This document shows, piece by piece, positions 34,010 to 40,796 of a stretch of 61,744 nt of DNA. The stretch covers positions 1-61,744 of the forward strand of contig JASLBU010000234.1 in assembly GCA_030146365.1 (NCBI GenBank). Direction: 5' to 3'. The stretch's first letter is position 1. The number at the start of each line of letters is the position of its first letter. The stretch comes from Candidatus Limnocylindria bacterium. GTDB taxonomy: Bacteria; Chloroflexota; Limnocylindria; QHBO01. The notes under the pieces were generated by a model. It was not told where the DNA came from. It worked only from the letters and a program-made list of their open reading frames with translations, and did no database searches. Both the position numbers and the translations under genes were made by a program.

Positions 34010-35187
34010 CAGGCCGGTGCGGCGGCCGCCAGCAGGTCGGCGACCAGGTCCTCCGCGTCCTCGAGGCCGATCGAGACGCGCAGGGTTCCTGGCCCCAAGC
34101 CGGCCTCGGCAAGGGCGGCGTCGCTGAGCTGGCGGTGGGAAGAGCTGGCCGGGTGGCTCACCAGCGTCTCGACGCTTCCGAGGCTCGTGGCATGCACTGC
34201 GACGCGCATGCGACCCAGAAACCGCTCGGCGGCAGGGCGTCCCCCCGCGAGATCGATCGCCAGCATTCCACCGGCCTTCCCATCACGCAGGATGCGCCGC
34301 GCCAAGTCGTGCTGAGGGTGCGACTTCAACCCGGGGTACCGAACGACGTCAACCCCCGGAGCGCCCTCGAGGGCGTGTGCCACCGCGAGCGCATTGCTCG
34401 AATGGCGCTCCATCCTGAGGGCGAGCGTCTTGAGGCCGCGGAGCGCGAGGAACGCCTCCCACGGGGAGGCGTTGCCACCGACGCTGGCGACGATCCTCCG
34501 CGCATCGCCCGCCCGTTTCGCGGAGCCCACCACGACCCCGCCGATGATGTCGGAGTGGCCGCCGATGTACTTCGTGGTGGAGTGCACGACGAGGTCGGCG
34601 CCGAGGGCCATCGGCGTGGCAAGGGCAGGCGATGCGAAGGTGTTGTCCACGGCGACCAGGACGCCCCGACCGTGCGCGAGTTCCGAAAGCGCCGATACAT
34701 CGGCCACCGCGGTCGTCGGGTTGCTGATCGTTTCCAGCCACAGCAGGCGTGTGCGTTCACCTATGGCCGCCTCCACGGCCGGATAAGCCGTGGTGTCCAC
34801 CGACCGAGCAGTGATGCCAGAGCGCTCGAGGACGGCGGAGACGATGCCGATGATGCCGCCGTAGACCGCTCTGGGCACGAGCACCTCGTCACCGACGCGG
34901 AGGACCGAGAGCAGGACGGCATGGACCGCCGCCATGCCGGAGGCGGTGGAGACGGCCGCCTCAGCGCCCTCGAGCTCGGCAACGGCTTCCTCGAGAGCAG
35001 CATGGGTCGGATTGGAGTAGCGCGAGTAGGAGTGACCGGGACGCGCGAACTCGAGCAGGTCCGCGAGCTCGGAGGCCCCGCCGACCTCGAACGCGCTCGT
35101 GGCGTAGATCGGGACGTTGAGCGGAGGCTGTGGAGCGGCGGGCACGCGGCTGGCAGCCCGGATCGCGCGCGTGGAGAAACCCGGCAT
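34009..35187 (-). CDS. Cys/Met-metabolism PLP enzyme (cystathionine gamma-synthase / gamma-lyase / O-acylhomoserine sulfhydrylase family)
   Basis: STRAIRA, PIYATSAF, YSRYSNPT and the PLP lysine region HSTTKYIGGHSD fit the family. The ATG at 35187 is preceded by TGcTAGACT and an 8-nt spacer. The ORF-track N-extension is the antisense of a PT-linker. Confidence 0.85.
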   Translation of the reverse strand: MPGFSTRAIRAASRVPAAPQPPLNVPIYATSAFEVGGASELADLLEFARPGHSYSRYSNPTHAALEEAVAELEGAEAAVSTASGMAAVHAVLLSVLRVGDEVLVPRAVYGGIIGIVSAVLERSGITARSVDTTAYPAVEAAIGERTRLLWLETISNPTTAVADVSALSELAHGRGVLVAVDNTFASPALATPMALGADLVVHSTTKYIGGHSDIIGGVVVGSAKRAGDARRIVASVGGNASPWEAFLALRGLKTLALRMERHSSNALAVAHALEGAPGVDVVRYPGLKSHPQHDLARRILRDGKAGGMLAIDLAGGRPAAERFLGRMRVAVHATSLGSVETLVSHPASSSHRQLSDAALAEAGLGPGTLRVSIGLEDAEDLVADLLAAAAPA

Positions 35188-35195
35188 CGCGCCTG

Positions 35196-35204
35196 AGTCT
35201 AGCA
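35196..35204 (-). promoter_or_regulatory. Candidate extended -10 (TGcTAGACT) for a leaderless transcript of the PLP-enzyme/resB/pucR operon
   Basis: The motif ends 8 nt upstream of the ATG at 35187 and there is no SD. Confidence 0.35.
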
Positions 35205-35248
35205 GTGGGCTCGCAGGCCTCCGGACGAGTCGGTAGCATGGTGCCTCC

Positions 35249-36400
35249 ATGCATCGCCTCCGCGGCGGCCCTGCGCTGCTTGTGCCGGGCGGGCTCCTCC
35301 TCCTGGTCATCGCCCTGGGCGCTGCCGTCACGCTGCGGCCGGCCACGGCGGAACCAACCCCGATTGCGAGCCCGGTGCCATCTCCAAGCGCCACGCCAAG
35401 CCCGACACCCAGTCCCATGCCGACGGCGTCACCCACGCCATCCCCTACCCCGTCGCCCACGCCGGTCGCCGTGTGCCCGCTCGACGGCACGCCGCTCGCC
35501 GATCCCGACCTGGCTGATCAGGTCCCGATCATGGCCCAGATCGAGAACCACCCCATTGCCCGACCTCCCTCTGGCTTGAACCTGGCCGACCTGGTCATCG
35601 AGGCACCCGTCGAGGGCAACACGACGCGCTTCAGCGCCTTCTTCATGTGCGACGAGCAGGTGGACGCGGTCGTGGGCCCGATTCGTTCGATACGCTACTT
35701 CAACCTCGACCACTGGCAGCAGGCTCGCGCGCTCACGTTCGTCTTCGGCGGGGCCGGTCAGGTCCTCAGCCGCATGACCAACAACGGCATGCCCTTCGTG
35801 AACGGCATCACCGGTGATTGGCCGTTCTTCTTCCGTGCCGGCCCGTGGGGGGCTCCTCACAACGTGTTCTTCGACGTCGACGCTGCCCGCGCGGAAATGG
35901 AAGAGGGCGGGGCGCTCGCCACCCTGGCGGACCGCGCCGGTGAACCGCGCGGTCCGCTCATCTTCGGGACCGATCCGGAGATTCCGGGCGGCCGAACCGT
36001 GGATTCCATTCACCTTGAGACCGCGAGCTTCTGGAATTTCGGCTGGGAGTGGGGAGGCGGGGGTGGCTGGCTGCGCCTCGATGCCGGCGTACCGAACCAT
36101 GACGCGGTCAGCGGCGATCGCATCTCCGCCCGCACCATCCTTGTCCAGGTGGTCCGCACTCAGGTGCTCGTCGGTGAGAACGACCCCGGTGGCTTCCCGC
36201 GCAGCCAGCTCTACCTCGTGGGCGAAGGCGACGGCCTGCTCTACATCAATGGCCAGGGCCACAACGTCCGCTGGTCTCGCCCCACCGAGCATGATGTGAC
36301 GACCTGGACCTACGCGGAGAGCGGCGCTCCGGTCATCCTCCCCCCAGGGCGTACCTGGTGGGAGATCGTACCGATCGGCAGCGGCATCACCGAACGGTGA
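35249..36400 (+). CDS. Secreted DUF3048 (YerB-like) protein with a Pro/Thr/Ser-rich linker
   Basis: The N-terminal TM/signal is followed by a PT-rich stretch (about 35346-35470). The region CPLDGTPL....VPIMAQIENHPIARPPSGLNLADLVIEAPVEGNTTRF is characteristic of DUF3048. Confidence 0.7.
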   Translation: MHRLRGGPALLVPGGLLLLVIALGAAVTLRPATAEPTPIASPVPSPSATPSPTPSPMPTASPTPSPTPSPTPVAVCPLDGTPLADPDLADQVPIMAQIENHPIARPPSGLNLADLVIEAPVEGNTTRFSAFFMCDEQVDAVVGPIRSIRYFNLDHWQQARALTFVFGGAGQVLSRMTNNGMPFVNGITGDWPFFFRAGPWGAPHNVFFDVDAARAEMEEGGALATLADRAGEPRGPLIFGTDPEIPGGRTVDSIHLETASFWNFGWEWGGGGGWLRLDAGVPNHDAVSGDRISARTILVQVVRTQVLVGENDPGGFPRSQLYLVGEGDGLLYINGQGHNVRWSRPTEHDVTTWTYAESGAPVILPPGRTWWEIVPIGSGITER

Positions 36401-37901
36401 GCCCGCCGCGCTGGTGCTCGGACGGCGTCGGCTCCACATGCTGAGCCGACGCCGGCGACGGGGAGAAGAACGCGTCCATGACGCGGCGCACCTGGTGGTC
36501 CGGGTCGAACGAGCGGCTTGCTGTGGCGATTCGTCGGCGGACTTCCCGCGGGTCAGGCTCCGCGTCATCGATCTCGGAGGCGCCGCGGGAGTCCGGAGCA
36601 GGGATCGGCCCGAGGGGAATGGCGACGGCATCACTCGCCGGCGCGGGTGACGTGTCGCCGGCCGGGCCGGTCGAGGTGGGGCTGGGAGCCGGAGGAACCG
36701 GCGCCGGCGTGACCAGGGTGGATCTTCGCGCCAGCAGCGGGGGACGAGGACGCGGATTCCCGCTGATCTGGTTCTTGCCCTGCGACTTCGCGTGGTACAT
36801 GGCGCGGTCAGCGGCAAGCATCAACTCCTCTGCGCTCATCCCGTCCTCTGGATGGGACACGAGACCGATGCTCACGCTGGTGTGCAGTCCGGCGCTGACC
36901 TCAAGGTCCTCCGCTCCGAGCCGGATCTTCTCCGCCACGACGAACGCGCCGACGATGTCCGTTTCGGGGAGCAGCACCACGAACTCGTCGCCGCCGTAAC
37001 GGTATGCGCTGTCGACGGCCCGTATCGAGCCACCGATGACGGCGCCCACTCCCCGCAGGACCTGGTCGCCGCGAAGGTGGCCGACCGTGTCATTCATGGC
37101 CTTCAGGCCGTCGAGATCGATCATGAGCAGGCAGAAGCCGCGATCGCTCCGACGCGTGCGGCTGACCTCCTGCTCAAGCGTGACGAAGAGGTGTGAACGG
37201 TTGAAGAGCCCCGTCAGCGGGTCGGTGCGCGACAACTCGAGAGCGCGCTGCATCGCGGCGCGCTGACGATCGGCGTGCGCAATGGCGACGAACGCCAACA
37301 GCCATGTGGCCCCCAGGCCGAACGACAGGCGAAGGATGTCGTCCGGGCCATAGGTACGGAGCGCGGGGTCGGCAAGCAGCACGACCCCAAAGGCGACGCT
37401 GGCGAGCGCGGCGGCGGTGATGCCCGCAGCGGAACCGAAGCCGAGGGCCGCGGCGACGGCAATGAGCGCGAACAGCATCGCGAATGGTGATGAGGCGAAG
37501 CCGGTCAGGCTCAGGAGTCCGGCCACCAGGACGATGGCCGCAACCAGCTCCGCCAACCGGATGACTCGTTTGCGTCGGCGCGATCCAGCGATCTCGTGGA
37601 AGGCGATGACCCCGAGGACGCCGGCGCCCCCGAGCGCGAATATCGGGGCTTCGTCGGTGCGGAACGAGCCGCTGATTCCGACTCCGAGCAGGACGATCGT
37701 GATCGTCAGCCACCACGCAACCCGAAGGGACTCATCGGTCGCCGGCCCGGCCGACTCAGCCGTGCCACCGCTCGCCGAGGGCCGAGGACGTGACGCTTCC
37801 GCATCGGAAGCGTCAGTGCTACGTCCGGCTAGCGTGATACCCACCAGCAGGAGACCAGCAAGGAGCGCGGTCGTGGCGATGATCGTGAGCTCGAGGGGCA
37901 C
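36387..37901 (-). CDS. Membrane diguanylate cyclase (GGDEF) with an I-site and a Pro-rich C-terminal tail
   Basis: There are about 6 N-terminal TM helices. DPLTGLFNRSH and RAVDSAYRYGGDEFVVLL are present, with RxxD exactly 5 residues before GGDEF. The last ~130 aa are low-complexity. The start (GTG at 37901) is uncertain. Confidence 0.8.
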   Translation of the reverse strand: MPLELTIIATTALLAGLLLVGITLAGRSTDASDAEASRPRPSASGGTAESAGPATDESLRVAWWLTITIVLLGVGISGSFRTDEAPIFALGGAGVLGVIAFHEIAGSRRRKRVIRLAELVAAIVLVAGLLSLTGFASSPFAMLFALIAVAAALGFGSAAGITAAALASVAFGVVLLADPALRTYGPDDILRLSFGLGATWLLAFVAIAHADRQRAAMQRALELSRTDPLTGLFNRSHLFVTLEQEVSRTRRSDRGFCLLMIDLDGLKAMNDTVGHLRGDQVLRGVGAVIGGSIRAVDSAYRYGGDEFVVLLPETDIVGAFVVAEKIRLGAEDLEVSAGLHTSVSIGLVSHPEDGMSAEELMLAADRAMYHAKSQGKNQISGNPRPRPPLLARRSTLVTPAPVPPAPSPTSTGPAGDTSPAPASDAVAIPLGPIPAPDSRGASEIDDAEPDPREVRRRIATASRSFDPDHQVRRVMDAFFSPSPASAQHVEPTPSEHQRGGLTVR

Positions 37902-38096
37902 GGCGCAGGGCTTCCCATGGTATGGCAGGGCCGGTAGACGTCGGCGCGGCCAGTATGGGGGTGCGGACGAGCGTGGTGCAAACGTACTAACCCATCCGTA
38001 CCACCCCAGTGATGACGCTTGGCAACGCGACCGCTCCGGACGGACCGGCGGCCCTCTCGTTTGTGCCACCCGCCATCCGTCCAATCGAGCGGTGAG

Positions 38097-38105
38097 TGCT
38101 AGAAT
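38097..38105 (+). promoter_or_regulatory. Candidate extended -10 promoter (TGcTAGAAT) for the LCP gene
   Basis: It lies 32 nt upstream of the ATG at 38138, in a 236-bp divergent intergenic region. GGTGAG lies immediately before the ATG. Confidence 0.35.
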
Positions 38106-38137
38106 CCCCGCTCTTCCCCCACGTAGCAACCGGTGAG

Positions 38138-39619
38138 ATGGCGCTAGCCGAACGCCCGCGTCAACCTTGGCTCGCCGCGCTCTTGTCCTTCTTTGCCCCC
38201 GGCCTGGGGCAGGCCTACCTAGGACGCTGGACGATCGCGGTTCTGCTTCTCATTCCGTTCGCCCTCGTGGTCGCCGCGGCGGCGGCCGTGTGGCTGGTCG
38301 GAATGGATGCTCTTCGAGCACAGGCCTTCTCGACGCGATTCCTGCTCGGGGTGTTCGTTCTCAACGCAAGCCTCCTGGCATGGCGCGTCTTCGCCATCGC
38401 CCACGCCGGCCTGGCGGTCGGGGGACACGAGCGATCGGTCGGATCCGTGCGCCGCGGCTGGCGTGCGCGAGCCAGCATCGGCATCGTGGCGCTGCTCGTG
38501 CTCACCTCCGTCGCGATGCACGCCTATGTCGCGATGGTGGTGATCCAGCTCAACGCCACACTCGGAGAGGTCTTCACCGAGCCCCAGGGCGAGGGTCGCG
38601 GCGTGGGGCAGGCCCCCGACACCAAGAACGAGGAAGCGCCTGACCCGGACGAGTCCCCACGAGTCGAATGGAACGGCCGGGAGCAGATCAACTTCCTGCT
38701 CATCGGAGTGGACGAGCTGCCGGGCCGTGACGCCTCGCTCACCGACACCATTCTGGCGATGATCGTCGATCCGGTCGACGAAAGCGCAACGATGATCTCG
38801 ATTCCGCGCGACACGGCATTCATGCCCCTGGCGTCTGCCTCCGTGTACACCGGTGGCTTCTATCCCTACAAGATCAACCAGCTGGCGGCGGAGGCGGCTG
38901 CGAACCCTTCGACGTGGTGCCCGGAAATGGTCATCGACACTGCCGATGAGGCAACCGAATGCGGAATCGCCACCCTCCGGAAGACGGTGGGCCTCTACCT
39001 CGGCATTCCGATCCACTACTACGCGAGAGTCGACATCGCCGGCTTCGAACGACTGATCGACGCCGTCGGGGGGATCGAGCTGTGCCTGCCCGGACGCCTG
39101 ATCGATCCGCTGTACTCGGATTCGGTCACCGGGCAGCTTGGGCTCGAGCTTCCGGCTGGGTGCAGCCGGTACGACGGCAAATCGGCGCTGGCGTATGCGC
39201 GCAGCCGGCAGGGATGGATCGAGATGCCGGATGGAACCCGCGAACCACAGAACGATTTCCTGCGGGCCGACCGACAACAAGAGATCCTGATCGCCCTCCG
39301 CGACGAACTCGAAGACGCCAACCTGGTCTTCGATCTGCCGCCCCTGCTCGACGCCATCGGCTCGTTGGTGCGGACGGACTTCCCTCGGGCGCGCGCTGGC
39401 GATCTCGCCACACTCGTTCCGCTCGTCGCCGGCCCAGCGATCGAACGAGTCGTGCTGGGCCACCCGGAGTTCGTCGATCTCCCGCCCGACCCGGAGGCCA
39501 ACTACCTGCTCACGCCAAGGCGGGACTCGGTGCGTGCTGGCATGAAGGAGCTCCTCGGGCCCGGGACACGGCTCGAAGGCTGGTACCTCGGCACCACAGG
39601 CGACGCCCCCTCACGCTGA
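38138..39619 (+). CDS. LytR-CpsA-Psr (LCP) family glycopolymer-to-peptidoglycan ligase
   Basis: Two N-terminal TM helices are followed by INFLLIGVDELPGRDASLTDTILAMIVDP....MISIPRDT and ALAYARSR, which are LCP hallmarks. Confidence 0.85.
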   Translation: MALAERPRQPWLAALLSFFAPGLGQAYLGRWTIAVLLLIPFALVVAAAAAVWLVGMDALRAQAFSTRFLLGVFVLNASLLAWRVFAIAHAGLAVGGHERSVGSVRRGWRARASIGIVALLVLTSVAMHAYVAMVVIQLNATLGEVFTEPQGEGRGVGQAPDTKNEEAPDPDESPRVEWNGREQINFLLIGVDELPGRDASLTDTILAMIVDPVDESATMISIPRDTAFMPLASASVYTGGFYPYKINQLAAEAAANPSTWCPEMVIDTADEATECGIATLRKTVGLYLGIPIHYYARVDIAGFERLIDAVGGIELCLPGRLIDPLYSDSVTGQLGLELPAGCSRYDGKSALAYARSRQGWIEMPDGTREPQNDFLRADRQQEILIALRDELEDANLVFDLPPLLDAIGSLVRTDFPRARAGDLATLVPLVAGPAIERVVLGHPEFVDLPPDPEANYLLTPRRDSVRAGMKELLGPGTRLEGWYLGTTGDAPSR

Positions 39620-39633
39620 CCGGTCGCTCCAAT

Positions 39634-40587
39634 TCAACCGATGCGGGCAGTCAGGATTGCGACGATGGCTCCGACCGCCGCCGCCGCCGTCAGCACCAGC
39701 ATCGCGTCCCGCTGAGTCACCCCACGCCTGAGCAGCTGGTGATGGATGTGGCTTCGGTCGGCCTCGAAGACCGAACCGCCACTCAGGGCGCGGCGGAGGA
39801 TCGCCCAGGTGGTATCGGCGATGGGGATGAAGAGGGCGAGGACCGGGAACCAGGGCGCAGCGGGGTTGGCGCCATCCTGGGTCAGCGAGATCGCGAGCGC
39901 GGCGACGATGAACCCGAGGAACATTGACCCGGTGTCGCCCATGATGATCGATGCCGGATGGAGGTTGTACGCCAGAAAGCCGACTGCAGCTCCGGATGTC
40001 GCCGCGATGACGATCAGTGCCGGATCGACGCGGCCGAGCGCGGCGACGACCGCGAATGCTCCGAGGGCGGCGAGGACCACGCCGGAGGCCAGGCCGTCCA
40101 GCCCGTCGATCAGGTTGACCGCATTGATGATCGCGACCATCCACAGGATCGTGGCAGGGAGCGACAGCCACCCGAGAACGAGGACGATCGACGGCAGATG
40201 CAGGGCGTCGATGCTCAGCCCCAATGCCCACGCGATGACCGCGGCCGCCACCTGGGCGGCCAGCTTGACGCGCGCGGGCGTTCCGCGCAGATCGTCGATC
40301 ACGCCGATCACCACCAGGACCGCCGTGCCCGCCATGATCGCGAGCACGCGGTCATACCGGAGCCCGGTGGGACCCCCCATGGTCTGCGCGCCGAGCGCGG
40401 CCACGCCGATCGCGATGAGGAAGGCCGCGACGATCGCGATTCCGCCCAACCGCGGGATCGGCGTCTGATGGATCTTGCGCCCGCCGGGGAGGTCGAGGTA
40501 ACCGCGCCGCAGCGCCATTCCGCGCACGATGGGGGTGGCGAGGAGGGCAGCTGTCAGTGCGACGGCGAAGGTCAGGGCGGTCAGCAT
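39634..40587 (-). CDS. wecA: Polyprenyl-phosphate HexNAc-1-phosphate transferase (MraY/WecA/TagO family)
   Basis: IHQTPIPRLGGIAI, VIGVIDDLRG, AINLIDGLDGLA and GDTGSMFLGF are diagnostic of the family. Confidence 0.85.
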   Translation of the reverse strand: MLTALTFAVALTAALLATPIVRGMALRRGYLDLPGGRKIHQTPIPRLGGIAIVAAFLIAIGVAALGAQTMGGPTGLRYDRVLAIMAGTAVLVVIGVIDDLRGTPARVKLAAQVAAAVIAWALGLSIDALHLPSIVLVLGWLSLPATILWMVAIINAVNLIDGLDGLASGVVLAALGAFAVVAALGRVDPALIVIAATSGAAVGFLAYNLHPASIIMGDTGSMFLGFIVAALAISLTQDGANPAAPWFPVLALFIPIADTTWAILRRALSGGSVFEADRSHIHHQLLRRGVTQRDAMLVLTAAAAVGAIVAILTARIG

Positions 40588-40613
40588 CCGCGCCGATCAT
40601 AGGCTCGCTCGCT

Positions 40614-40690
40614 TGGTCGGGGCGGCCGGATTCGAACCGGCGACCTCCTGCTCCCAAAGCAGGCGCGCTGCCAGGCTGCGCCACGCCCCG
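40614..40690 (-). tRNA. tRNA-Pro (anticodon UGG), 77 nt including encoded CCA
   Basis: The reverse complement is CGGGGCG TG GCGC AGCCTGGCA GCGC G CCTGC TTTGGGA GCAGG AGGTC GCCGG TTCGAAT CCGGC CGCCCCG A CCA. This is a perfect cloverleaf. The anticodon loop TTTGGGA gives TGG. Confidence 0.9.
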
Positions 40691-40796
40691 ACCGCTCGGG
40701 CCCGAGGCGCCTCGCTGACCCACGGCCCTGGGCCGCCTCAGACTACCATCGCTCGCCAGGTCGCGAGCCTCCGGCGGCCCGTCGGGTGCTGGTAGG

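Noticed and set aside
35330-35490. Gly/Val/Asp-rich repeats (GVGDGVGDGVGD..., and GVGVATGVGVATGVGV in 42674..43213) that look like a glycine-rich repeat protein.
   Set aside because: They are the antisense reading of the Pro/Thr-rich linkers of the DUF3048 protein and of the C5-epimerase tail. The sense-strand genes are well supported.
1-40690. Two tRNA-Pro genes (a truncated one at 1-41 and a complete one at 40614-40690) bracket ~40 kb of polysaccharide genes. This could indicate a tRNA-targeted genomic island.
   Set aside because: I saw no integrase, recombinase, direct repeat of the tRNA 3' end, transposase, or compositional break. Core genes (serA, ppa, glnA) lie inside the interval. The tRNAs have different anticodons and their shared 5' sequence is normal isoacceptor similarity.
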